DNA of 64,000 bases from Camelus dromedarius (taxonomy: Eukaryota): positions 14,012,001 through 14,076,000 of the forward strand of contig NC_087436.1 in the NCBI RefSeq assembly GCF_036321535.1, written 5' to 3'. The position numbers and the translations under genes were made by a program. Positions 50,264-62,879 of the stretch are shown piece by piece. The notes under the pieces are model-generated. The model worked only from the letters and a program-made list of their open reading frames with translations, was not told where the DNA came from and ran no database searches. How positions within the stretch are numbered: position 1 is the first letter of the stretch; each line of letters begins with the position of its first letter.

Positions 50264-52492
50264 AAAGCGGGCCCTTTGAATGCACAGAACATATTAATTT
50301 TTTTTGTGTGTTCTCTACCAAGGAAATTCAGACGCAGGGCCTGTTTGATTACCAGACCAGTTTCCTGAATTTGCAATTAGTGGATTGTCCACAAGAGGGC
50401 ACTCGTTCCCCAGGTTACTCGTAGGAGCCCCTTGATAGGAGCGATGCAGCGAAGCTAAGAACAAAACAGACACATTCCACCCAGAGGACTGAGAACAAAA
50501 AGATGCATTTTTAAACAAACATGAGAAACTCAGTATTTAATGCTTCCTGCCATATTCTCCACAAATGGCCCAGAATTTGGCTACAACGTGTCACAGACAG
50601 GCTGAATTTTGAGTTATAAAAAATAAACTGGAAAGCACCTGTTCGGTATTTTTTAAGCTATTGTTTGCTTAGTGTAGTGAAGTCCATCCTAGTAATGCCT
50701 AGTTATTCAACAGTGAATTTTTGCCTGACTTGTGTTTTCCCAGAATGAGATGCACACAGACATTGCTAAATCCAAAACCAATAGATTTAAACATGAATCA
50801 TGCATTTGGTGGGACAAAAATATAGGTGCTCTATCTGGTAAGATAGTGGTTGGACACCTGGCACTGCCCTGAATTAAGCCCCTGGCTTTATTCTGGTTTA
50901 TCCCTGTGTTATCCCTGGCTTTGTTCTGGTTTGCTACTGAAAACACATCCCATCCACACGAATAGCTTTATGCAAATAATTAATGCTTTTAAAAACTTGG
51001 AGCAACTTTCATGGTATGTTTTTAAGAAAATCGTAACTATCCCTCAGCAAACATGAAGAGGGGAATATTTCAGAGCAAGCAACTCAAAGCAAACACACAA
51101 ATGGAAACCCAGCCCCCTTGTTTACTCACAGGTCTTTAAGCTCCTAATGTTGACATTAGTTTCTGAGGTTTCCTGTGCATGTTCTTTTCCACAGCAAATA
51201 AGAGTGCTTTAATCTACAAAGAGGCAGGTTTGGCTGTTCCAGAAAGGGGGGTCGTTGTCCCCCCAGGGACAAAAGACAAGTGAACAGAAGAGCTGACAGG
51301 CTGAGTTATCGGGAGCAGCAGTCAGGAAGTCTCGGTTAGCAGAATAAGCTCCTTTACATAAGCTATAGTGATGCGTTGCAGAATCCGGGGTAAAGACCTG
51401 GAACAAGAGACAGACAATCGCAAGATGACAGTGTTTGAGAAGGATTCGGCTTCAGCTTTTTCTCGGGGTCTGTTTGAAAGTATTACCTTGAACTTCAGCA
51501 TGCCTTTCCAAAAGATATTTTTAGAAGCAATTATGTTAAAAGCTTTGAGCATCTTGGAGTTTTATCTCTATGGCTATCTCTTGGCCTCAGGGACCTTAAG
51601 GTATTGAATTAAGTGAGTTTCCTCTTAAAAATAAAGTGCTTGCATCTATAAAGAAGCAGCCACTCTGGCGGTGCACAAACTGGAAGGCATCTGGAGAAGG
51701 TCAGGTGCGTCTGGGTAGGAGGTGAGAGTCGTCAATGTCAGTGGTCGTTTTCCCAGACGGGATAACTGATCAGGAAATGGGCCTGTGCTGTCTGGATAAA
51801 GGGCTCAGGTGTTCCTGCTGTCCCCTCCCAGGAGGGTCCCCAGGAGAAGAACTCAGTGGCACAAAGGAGAGCCCCCTGCATCCTTGCTTCCCCAGTCCCG
51901 CACGATTTCCTCACCTGCAGCCCCGAACGAGGCCCATTCAGCCAAAGCTCGCCCTTCCCTCAGGTCACATCCACATCTGGTTGGTCAGTGTTGTTTTCAG
52001 CTCCCGCTACTTCTGGCTTATTTTCGCATAGGAGGTTTTATCCTGGGGCCTCAAGGACTGACCGCTTCAGGGTCTGGAATGCTCTGAAGGCGTGAGTGAG
52101 ATGTGTGGTTACAAAAATGGGTACTTTTCTCAGAGGATGGACCCCCAGAGAGGATGACAGCCCCCAAGGGCTATGGAAATCACCCCAGAGGAATTGAAAA
52201 GGCACTGAGGTCGGGGAAACTGCATTGACTCAGTGACTTGACAGGCAGAAGAGCCCAAAAGGGCTGACAGAGCCTCCCCTGGTGTTCAGGCAACCAAGGG
52301 ACCTCCATTATAAATAAGGAATCTGTCTCCAAGTCACATGGGGAGGGTGTAGGCCAGCACTGGGCCCCCAACTCTCAGGCGGGAGCTCCTTCCATAATAG
52401 CGCTCAGGATGGGCGTGTCCTTCTCGCTCTAATCCTGGAAATAGTGGGAAGCTGTGGCAGGAGAGAGAGTACCTCTAATGTCATCAAAGTCA

Positions 52493-53004
52493 CGTTACGG
52501 AATCCAAACTCGTCCTGCTCGCCTCACGACAGGCCAGTAAATTAGGAGATGAGGTGTTGGGGCAAGAAATAATGACTTCATTTGGAAAGCCGGCGGACCG
52601 AGAAGATGGCAGACTACCTTCCTGGAAAACCATCTCCCCCAAGTCAGAATTCAGGCCCATTTTATACTGAAAAGGGGAAGGCGTGCGGTTGGTTGTTGCA
52701 GACTTCTTGGTGTTGGAATCCTTCATTCTTGCAGCTGTCCACATGGGTCAGGTCGTGGTGTCCCTGTATACCTGCAACAAGACAGATGCTACTTTCCACT
52801 CGGCAACTTTTTTTATGAATGGGGAAGTATCATACCCTTAAGTCAGAACCTTGAGAATGGGCTCACCTGTATATTTCAGGCCATGGGCAACATTCTTTTA
52901 CAAAAGGTGCAGAATCAGCATGACTCAGCATGGGAGAGAGAGCACAGGGTTAAAGCCAAAGGAGCAGATGTAATATGGAGTCAGATTTGTTCTTTTCTAT
53001 TACA
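52493..53004 (-). mobile_element. ERV1-class solo LTR (MER4/LTR39-group-like)
   Basis: Starts (c)gttacggaatccaaactcg, ends ttcttttctattaca; antisense TATAAAA (~52661); TSD not resolved. Confidence 0.75.
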
Positions 53005-53079
53005 GGTGGTGCTAACTTTACAGGGGCCTCGAAGACGGACCGCTTCAGGGTCTGGAATGTTTGTGTAAGCAGTGTATTG

Positions 53080-53500
53080 TTGGGAGTGTGGCCTCTGGAG
53101 CAAGAATGTGAATCTTGATTCTGCCTCTTCTATGTGACTTTAGGGAAATTATCTCACTTGGGGTGCCTCGGTTTTCTTATCTGTGAAACGGGAATAATGT
53201 GGTGAACCCTATGTAAGATTTGGCTTTGAGGATTAAATTAGCACATATTCATATGTAGAGAAGAGGGTCTGACACATATTAAGTACCCATCCTCATCTAT
53301 CACTGATATTTAATGAGAATTTTTGGGGTACCTATTATATTCAAAACACTGTGCCAGACACTAAAGATACTATAAGACTAAGACCCAGTTTATTCCCATC
53401 AGTCAGGAGTGCCTGTTGGGGGAACCACAGTTAATTATAATGTGTTCTGACAAGAGCCTGCTGGATAGTGTTTGGCTCAATGTCCTTGGAAACCTGGAGA
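53080..53500. mobile_element. MIR followed by an L2 fragment
   Basis: 'gcctcggttttcttatctgtgaaacgggaataat'; 'tacctattatattcaaaacactgtgccagacactaaagatac'. Confidence 0.6.
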
Positions 53501-53904
53501 GCCACTAACGGCTAGTGCCTTAAATTTTACGTGTAAACCACTCTGTGGATCTACCTACCAAGGGACCCTGGAGCAGTGAGGGTATATGATACACCTATGC
53601 AAACATTAGGGGCAGGGCTGACAGGAGCTCCAGGTGGCAGTTTTGGGATTAGAGGTTAGGAGTGAAGTGGAGGGGGAGGGCCATGGGCTGGGAGAACCTG
53701 GGCCTCTGAACCAAACACCGCACAAGCTCTCAGGGTGTCCTGGGGTCTCATGTTACCCTAGATTTCATGGGCCAACAGAACCAAAGATAGAGAGGCAGAG
53801 CCAGGCTGATGTCCTTCATGGCGGCTGTTGTGCTGTGTTCCTTTCTGAAGGCGTACGGCCAGGACCCAAGTCTACATGCCCTGTGGGTTAAGTATAAAGC
53901 CCTC

Positions 53905-54501
53905 TGAATTAGTCAGGGTTCTCCAGAGAAATAGAATCAACAGGATGTATACGTATATGTATACATATACATATGTGTGTATATATATACACACAGAAAT
54001 ATATATATATATATATATATTCACATATAGAAAGAGATTTATTTTAGGAAATTGGCTGTCCTGCTGTGGACACCAGCAAGTCTAAAATTCGCAGAGCAGG
54101 AGGACAGCCTGGACACTCAGACAGGAGTGGATGATGAAGTCTTGAGTCTGAGGGCTGGAAACTCAGGCAGAATTTCTATGCTGCCCCCTAGAGGCAGAAT
54201 TCTAGCCTTTGCAGGAGACCTTAGTTTCCTCTCTTAAAATCTTTAACTGATCGCCTCCTACACTCTTGGTGGGAATGTAAATTGGTGTAGCCACTATGGA
54301 GCATAGTATGGAGGTTCTCTAATAAACTAAACATAGACTTACCATATAATCCAGCAGTCCCACTCTTGGGCATATATCCAGAGAAAAATATAATTCAAAA
54401 ATGCACATGCACCCCAATGTTCATAGCAGCACTATTTACAATAGTCAAGACATGGAAACTACCTAAATGTCCATTAACAGATGACTGGATAAAGAAGATG
54501 T

Positions 54502-54559
<58 letters not shown>

Positions 54560-55203
54560 ATGGAATACTACTCAGCCATAAAAAGAATGAAATAATGCCA
54601 TTTACAGTAACATGGGTGGACCAAGAGATAGAGTGAATTCAGACAGAGAAAGACAAATATCATATGATATCACTTATATGTGGATTCTGAAAAAAAAATT
54701 CAAATTCTATTCACAAATCAAAAATAGACTCGTGGACATAGAAAACAAACTATGGATACCAAAGGAGAAAGGGTGGGGAGGGATAAATTAGGGGTTGGGG
54801 ATTAACAGATACACACTACTATATATAAAATAGATAAACAACAAGGACCTATTGTATAGTACAGAGAACTATATTAAATTTCTTATAATAACATATAATG
54901 GAAAAGAATCTGAAAATAAAAAAATGTATGTATGTATATGTATAACTGAATCACTTTGCTGTGCGCCTGAAACTAACATTATAAATCAATTACACTTCAA
55001 TTAAAAAAAAGAGACCTTCAACTGATTGGATGAGACCCACCAACATGACAGAAGGTAATCTGCTCTTCTCAAAGTCCACTGATCTGAGTGTTAATCACAC
55101 CAAAAAGTACCTTCACAGCAACATCCAGACTGGTGTTTGACAAAGCAACTGGGCACTGTTGGTCCCATGGCCTAGCCAAATGGACACAAAATTACTCATC
55201 ACA
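53905..55203 (-). mobile_element. ERVL LTR (MLT2D-like) split by an L1 insertion
   Basis: Starts tgaattagtcagggttctccagagaaa, resumes at 55011 (ccttcaactgattggatgag), ends aaaattactcatcaca; TSD ccctc/ccttc. Confidence 0.88.
54252..55010 (+). mobile_element. 5'-truncated L1 nested in MLT2, containing a (GT)n run of about 27 units
   Basis: ORF2 C-terminal motif TCTPMFIAALFTIVKTWKLPKCP; degenerate TSD aaatctttaactgat / agaccttcaactgat; (GT)n at 54503-54557. Confidence 0.93.
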
Positions 55204-56399
55204 CCTTCTGATTCCAACATTTGCCAAAGGCTGTACGCCCACCTGAAAGAAGAGGGGAGAGACTTTTCATTTCAAAGCCTAGCAAATCTGAACGTTTTCT
55301 TCCAACTCTTGATTCCCTTGTCACCTCCTCTGGAAAGGTGTTCCCTGACCCCCTGCCATGGGCACTTGCCCGGCCTCTGTGGAACCAGTGCCCACTGCTT
55401 GCCCCATGACGTTGTCGGTTCTGGGTTGCAACTCTGTGTCTTTTCTTCTGCTTTTCATCCTTGGAGCCCCAGGCCCTGGCTTTCACTGCCCTACTGTGCA
55501 CAGCAGGCACTCAGTAAATGTTTGCTCAGTGATGAAGTTTCAGCCTCTGGAATTCTTCCTGAGCCTCCAAGACCAGGAATTCAAGGTCCCGGAAAAAACC
55601 TTGATGCCCAGAGAGCCCAGCATCCGAGACGGCAGGAGCCTGTGTGTTCATGTTAAACATTGAACTTACCCAAGCAGGCATCATGCCACAACGACGAACA
55701 CTCCTCCTCTGTGTAACTTGCTAATAGAAATGCATATTTGTCTTATTCACCATCAGATAGCAGCGTGACTCACTTCCTCAGGAGTTGGGGTGCAAACTAA
55801 AGATCTTGATGTGGAAGGTTCCAGACTCAGTCCTCTGGGTGTGTCTGTTGTTCAGTCCTTCCTTTACCATAAAAGCATTTCTCGGGTGCTGACGATACCG
55901 GGAACATAATCCCCATCCTCAGTGGATTCATGGCCTGAAGCTCAAGATTTCATTTCTGTTTTCATAAAGGAATGCCACCTTCACTTGGTATATTGCCACA
56001 AGGAAATGTAGTGACTCTTAGGTCAAAATGTCATGCTTTTTCATGACCTCATCTTTAAACCTGACAGGAAGTCAAAGCTTTGGGGATGGGGAGATGCTGG
56101 GCCACTTCAAACCTGTGCCGTTTCTCCTCTAGCAGAATATGAGATACAAGAATGCCCCATATCAGGCTGTAAACTCTGACCTTTTACCCATCACAAACTT
56201 GGAAAACCAAAGTCAGGGCAGAAAACCCCGCTTTCCTCCTTTCTCTGGCCAGTACTTCCAAACTGAACTTGGAAAACCAGGGGGAGATTGAGAAAGGTTT
56301 CCTTTGTAATTATCGTAAGATAAGCAAACGTACTGTGGAATTTTAGATTACAAACTAGAAAAGGAAATTTATCCAGAGTGATGCTTTATAAAGCCCAAT

Positions 56400-57215
56400 A
56401 TGTCTCTTTCTCCATAGAGACAGACAGATGGCTGATAAGCACGTGAAAAGATGCTCAGCGTCACTAAGTGGCAAATCAAAACTACACTGAGTTTTGTAGT
56501 GTATAGTCTCATACTAGTCAAAATGGCCGTCACTAAAGGGTCTACAAATAGCAAATGCTGGGGAGGGTGTGCAGAAAAGGGAGCCCTCCTATGCCGTTGG
56601 TGGGAATGTAAATTGGTGCAGCTACTATGGAAAACAGTATAGAATTTCTTTAAAAAGTTGAAAATAGCGTTGCTGTATGTTCCAGCAATCCCACACCTGG
56701 ACATATATCTGGAGAAAACTCTAATTTAAAAAAGATACATGCAATGTTCACAGCAGCACTATTTACAATAGCCCAGACATGGAAGCAACCTAAATGTCCA
56801 TCGACAGATGACTGGATAAAGAAGTTGTGGTATATATACACAATGGAGTACTACTTATCTGTAAAAAAGAATGAAATAATCCCATTTGAAGCTACATAAA
56901 TGGACCTAGAGATGATCATACTAAGTGAAATGTCAGGAAGAGAAAGATAGAGAACACATGATATCACTTATATGTGGAATCTAAAAGATGACACAAATGA
57001 ACTTATTTATGAAACAGACATAGATTCACAGACATAGAAAACAAACTTACGGTTATCAAAGGGGAAAGGGGGTGGGGGAGGGATAAATTGGGAGTTTGGG
57101 ATTAGCAGACAGAAACTAATACGTATAAAATAGATAAACAGCAAAGTCCTACTTTATAGCACAGGGAACTGTATTCAATATCCTGTAATAAATCAAAATG
57201 AAAAAAAATATATGC
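56400..57215 (+). mobile_element. 5'-truncated L1
   Basis: ORF 56451-56642 (KCWGGCAEKGALLCRWWECKLVQLLWKTV) and 3' UTR. Confidence 0.93.
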
Positions 57216-57638
57216 CTCAAGTTACAAAGTATCCTTCAGTGGCATCTTGTATTACCAAGCCCATCTATACAATGTCACTTCTGAGACCTCCCTTTCGCTG
57301 GCCCTGTGCTGAAGGAGCATGAGAGGTGTTTCTTGGCATTTGGTTCTCTTCCATATGGTGACCAGGAAGTTTCCATCTCCATTCTGCTGTTTTCATTTCT
57401 ACCTCTGGCTCAGGAAAGCACAGCTCACACAGTCCACACAGTATGCACCCCAAGAGGAAGAGACTAGATTCGAGACAGAGATTTTTGAAATCAAGTACAG
57501 TATTAAAACATCTAGCTATTTCAAGGTTAAAGACTTGCACTTGAGTTGTAGGAATTGGATTGATGTGGAATTTTAAGTCAATAGAGTCTGGAGAGCATTT
57601 TGACACCATGACAGACCGAGCTGAGATGACCCCCTCCC

Positions 57639-58691
57639 CAGGGATGTGCTGGTAAATGCTTAACAACTAGCTCTTCTGAAAATCCTGTATGTGTGTATGA
57701 GCTTCTCATACATTTTCTTGATTTAAAGGATGTATATAACATATAACTTCAAGTAACAATTAAATGTGTAATACTCTTTACAGTAAATTTCATATCACCA
57801 CCAGAATGCTTTCGTTGGGTTTTGCAGAACACTTGCATCTGTAGACAACCTATGTTTGCAGTCCAACCACAGTTTGACAAATGGGATTTCATTGCAATCT
57901 GCTAGCTCATTTCCTAATAGATTTATTGTTTCAAAATCTGGTATGTGACTCACTGGTAAACTATTTCTCCTGCTTATCCAGATTCTATTCAGTAAGTTGA
58001 AACCTCTTTCAGCCTCAGCCCTCGATAGGACATACTTCTAAGTTTAATCTGCATTATTAACATTTTCTTATCACCTTCTTAATTCTAGACCATGGAAGGA
58101 CAAACTCTGACCAGTGGGCCAAATCTGGCCCAAAGCCTGTTTTGTACATACAGTTTTATTGGAAAGCAGCCCCACTCATTTGTCTGCATTTGTCTGTGGC
58201 TGCTTTTGCATAGCAAGGCCAGAGCTGAGTGGTTACAACAGCAACTGTGTGGATCACAAAGCTGAAAATATTTACCACCTGGCCCTTTTCGGAATAAGCT
58301 TGTCAACCCTTGATCTAGATGATCAACAGATGAGAAATCAAGCCCAGATTTGTGGTATTAGCAGGTTCCCATGATGGAGGAACAACATTCTAGCATTTCA
58401 TACCACTGTGATGTCACTGAACGCAGAACTGGGAAGAAGTGCTGAGCAGAACATCATCACACAGTAACCCGACCGCACAGATACGGGAGACGTAAGCGAC
58501 CAGTAAAATGCACTACGGTAATTTGCAAGTGACAAGTTTCGAGTTTTTATTACCTTTATTTTTCTTAATCATGACTTTCTATGATTTAATTTTTAATGAT
58601 GGCTGTATTTAGCAACTGGTTCATAAAACCCCGAAAAATTTAATAATTGGCTTTTATGAACCAATACAAGGCCAACCTCAGTACACCACTG
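57639..58691. mobile_element. hAT-Tip100 (Zaphod-like) DNA transposon remnant
   Basis: Termini cagggatgtgctgg.. and ..cagtacaccactg; C-rich 8-bp flanks cccctccc / ccacctcc. Confidence 0.7.
58089..58311. mobile_element. MER58-like hAT-Charlie MITE nested in the Zaphod-like element
   Basis: 'gggccaaatctggccc..gttttattggaaagcagcccc..aaagctgaaaatatttaccacctggccctttt'; tctaga on both flanks. Confidence 0.85.
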
Positions 58692-59259
58692 CCACCTCCC
58701 CCAAACTAAAACTCACGGAAATGCTAGTTAAACTGTAACATATAAACTATAACAGGTGATAGAAACAAAAAGAGAATTCAGAGCCAGATTGGTGAGTGAG
58801 CGTGAGATAGAAGAGCGGGCCAAAGGGCCAGGGGGACGCTGGACCCGAATGTCAGCTCAGGATTGCAGGGCTTAATGCCCAGATGGGGGCAGAAGATGTG
58901 TCTGGGCATGCGCAAGATATCTGAGCCCCGAATTAAACAGGCGCCCTGGAAGGCAGCCCCTATCTGCAAAAAGATTAGAAAAACTGCCCAGCAACCCAGG
59001 TAATGGTAAGGAAGTGTGTGTCTGGCTTGAGCAGGTTAAAAAAAAAAGTCTCTTATGAGAAATCAAAATCCCCAGCTTGTGTCCAAGGTGGACGTGAGGT
59101 CCAAATTCACACCATCTGCAGGATGAGGGAATTACAAGTCAACAAATTATTATAAAAACTCTTCCTGGACCAGTGAAATCCCAGGGCCAAGGCAGGGACG
59201 AACATTTTTTCTCTGACAAACAGGTTCCAAGTTTCAAGTCACAGACTGGGAAAAACGCA

Positions 59260-60095
59260 TTTAACCAAAGAAGCATTTGACTCCAGGAAAATGAAGAATC
59301 CTACGATTCAATAAGGCAAACAATCCAATGGGAAAAGGAGCAACGGATGTGGGTTTAACGATTTGCAGCCGAAGAAATACGGATGGCCATTATAAAAGGG
59401 GGAAAATTTCTCCCTCATTGGTAATCAGAGAAACACAGATGAATGTGATGACAACCTAGCATTTCATACCTGTTGAATTGGCAAAAAATGTAAAAGTTAA
59501 AACCAAACTTTGGCAGGGACGTGGGACGGTCAGAAGCCTCCGCCAGCACTGGTGGGAATGTAAAGGGCACCACCACAGGGGGGAGCTATTGTTATCATCC
59601 AAACAGCTGGAATGGAAACGGAAACTCAATCCGCAGGCGTGGGTAAGTGCATTGTGGCAATACTCAGACACTGGAATATGTATCAGATAAAATGAACAAA
59701 ATAGATGCATTAACATAGATGTATTTGGAATACTAACGTGAAACAAAAAAAGGTGCAAAAGACTTCTTGTGCCTAAAAAGGAAGAGAAATACCGTCTAGG
59801 ATGCGGTATCAATAGATACACTAAACAACAATATATATTTTGAAATTATAAAACCATAGGTGAAGGACACACACCAGTTTCAGGGTCATTACCTCTGGGG
59901 AGGAAGGGAAGGAGATGAATTAGAAAGCAGGGAAGGATTCCAGTCGTATTTATAGAGATTTCTTTCTTGCAAAAAATATACGAAGGAAATACTGCAGAAT
60001 TTTAAAATGTGTTCAGTACTCATGTTTGGCCTGTGGGTATCTGTTACATCATTTTTTGTGTCTTTGTGTGTGCATGTTTGAAAATTTCTTGGAAG
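59260..60095 (+). mobile_element. Ancient L1ME fragments
   Basis: 'ctcattggtaatcagagaaacacagat..cactggtgggaatgtaaa' and a degenerate 3' end. Confidence 0.6.
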
Positions 60096-60258
60096 TGTGT
60101 CTAGGAGGCAGTCATGGCTAAATCTATCCATTTGATAAACTAGGAAATTGGTACTAGAAGACCCTCCAACTTCATCTACTCAGCATCCTTATTTATTTAT
60201 TTTTATTTTTGCTTTTTTTTAATTGAAGTATAGTCAGTTTACAATATTGCGTTTAATT

Positions 60259-60384
60259 TGGGGGGGGGGAGGTTAATTAGGTTTATTTGTTCATTTATTC
60301 TTTTTAATGGAGGTACTGGGGCTTGAACCCAGGACCTCGTGCATGCTAAGCACGTGCTTTACCACTGAGCTATATCCTCCCCCC
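60259..60384 (-). mobile_element. tRNA-Ala-derived SINE (vic-1-like)
   Basis: tggaggtactggggcttgaacccaggacctcgtgcatgctaagcacgtgctttaccactgagctatatcctccccc. Confidence 0.93.
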
Positions 60385-61010
60385 TTTATTTTTTTACTGA
60401 AGTAGAGTCAGTTACAGTGTGTCAATTTCTGGTGTACAGCACAATGTCCCAGTCATACATATACATACATATATTCATTTTCATATTCTTTTTCATAGGC
60501 TATTTATTACAAGATATTGAATAATAGTTTCCTATGCTATGCAGGAGAAATTTTTTTTTAATCTATTTTTATATATAGTGGCTAACATTTGCAAATCTCA
60601 AACTCCTAAATTTATCCTTTCCCGCCTCCTTCTCCCAGTAACCATAAGATTGTTTACTATGTTTGTGAGTCTGTTTCTGTTTTGTAGATGAGTTCATTAG
60701 TGTCCTCTTTTTTTTCTTTTTTAGATTCCACATACGTGTGAAATCATATGGTATTTATCTTTCTCTTTCTGGCTTACTTCACAGAATGATGATTTCTAGG
60801 TCCATCCATGTTACTGCAAATGGCATTATTTTATTCTTTTTTATGGCTGAGTAGTATTCCATTGTATAAATATACCACAGCTTCTTTATCCAGTCATCTG
60901 TCGATGGACATTTAGGTTGCTTCCATGTCTTGGCTATTGTAAGCAGTGCTGCTGTGAACATTGGGTGTGTGTGTCTTTTCTAATTAGAGTTCCTTCTGAT
61001 ACATGCCCAG
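60385..61010 (-). mobile_element. 5'-truncated L1 3' end
   Basis: ORF 60779-60961 ([42 protein letters not shown]). Confidence 0.95.
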
Positions 61011-62879
61011 TGCCCTTATTTTAGAAGACAGAAAAACCAGTGGGGCTAATGCAATTCTGAAACTGACAATTATCTGAATATTTTCTGGCATGGATTTTGC
61101 CCAGTGTACATGACTACCAAATACTTGCAAAAAAAAGGGGGGGGGGGAATGCCCTCAAAGAGGGTTCATTTGCTGCCCACTGTTTTATCATCACTTACCC
61201 TGGAGGTGTGCAGACTGAGGCTTGTGACTTCAAATCCTGTCCCTGCCCCACTTCCTGCCTCTAGTCCAGGAGCAGTGTTCAAATTAGAGCGCACAGCTGT
61301 CATCTGGGACCTTCACAAAGATGCAGTTACTTCGGCTCTGCTGCCACAGACACTGAAGGGGTGGGGTGGGGGGGCAGGCGGGGCTGGGGGGAGCTGGTGA
61401 TAGGTTATTTTTAATGTGTATTTCAAGACATTGCTGGGGTGGCGGCCTGCAGAACAACAGCTTCAGCCTTCTGGACACTTTTGCTAAGTACCTGCTTTGG
61501 TTTCCTCTTCTTTGGGAAAAAGAAAAAAAAAAGCAAAAAAAAACCACCAGAGGTAAAAAGGAGGCCTGGCTTACTGCTGGTGAACATGAGACCTCAGAAA
61601 CCAGGGCAAGGCTCAGCACCCAGCCTCACGGAAAAAAAAAATATTGACCCATTGCCAGAATGAAAGTAGATTATATGTCTAGTTAGAAATGGAAGCGGCA
61701 AGTTTCCACTGCAAGTGCCAGGGTGGCGGGAGGGTGGTAAGGTAATGCTTGAAAGAAAGGGGAGTCTGCTCCCTTCTCCCCACCGTCGTTTTTGATGGGC
61801 GGAGGGAGAGCACAAGGAAGGGCCGAGCTGAGAAAGTTCCTGCTGTTTCATTCACAGCTGCGTGTTGATGTCTTATCACTTACGCATGTTTGCAAAGTGC
61901 TCTCAGCCTCTCTGATAAAAAAAAGGGACACAATATTGGCAATATGTTCATCATTACACGGTAGGAGAGACCCAGTATGAATACGAAGATGGCCACTGGC
62001 ACCCCAAATGCAGAGCTCACCAGCAGGACAGACAGACAGGAGGACAGGCAGGCGGCCAGAACTCCAGAATGACATAAACTGAGCCTTATGCAACACAGTG
62101 CCCCTCCACCTTCCAAGCCACACTCCCTCTCCAAAGTCCCAGACACGGTCCGCCCCGGCTGGTGGTCCCGGCTGGTGGCCCCGGTCACCTTGGAGGTTGA
62201 TGAGTCTTGGGGGAAGCTGTTGAAATGACCCACATGCCCTTTCTTAGCAACTGGGAAGCCAGGGCACAGGCCCGACCCAGGCTCAGCCAGACCAATCCAC
62301 CTACTGGAGACTTTGAACTTTGAGTGAGTGAAGCAAAGAGTCAGGGAAGAGGGGACCATCTTCAGGCAATGGCCATGATGGCAGCAGAGCCGTGACTGTG
62401 TCCAGAGTGTGGTGTGGGCAGAACCTTCTTCACAGTCATGTTTGAGGGCGTGATTCTGGCTGAGTTTGGCCTTGGGGCTCCCGTCTTCCCACAGCTTTCA
62501 TTCCTCCTTGGCTCTCCGCGAGGTACCCAGCATCCTTTCAGTACATTTCTTTTCTACTTGAATCAGCCGAAGTTGGTGTCCGTTGCTCACATCTAAGATC
62601 CCCAGCAGATTCAACCAACGGCTTCAGAGAGGGGAAGATTTCCAGGTAAAGGAAACTACCTACTTCAAAAACAATTGCCATTAACTCGTCCCAGAGATGA
62701 TAAAGTCAGGAGCTTCAAAGCCTCATCTGTTATTCATGATGAATGCATGTCAGAGACTCTACGCGTGGAAGGACTGGCACAAGCCTTTGACTTAGCATTT
62801 CCTGTTCTCGGACTTAATCTCCAGAGGCATTCCCACAAGGATGCTGCTAGCTGTCGGGCTGGAGCTACACAAGCACGGT

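Noticed and set aside
55159..55656. 165-aa ORF
   Set aside because: Non-ATG start inside the MLT2 end, no recognisable homology, and a length compatible with chance.
61612..61636. REST/RE1-like half site (tcagcacc)
   Set aside because: The second half-site GGACAG is absent at canonical spacing.
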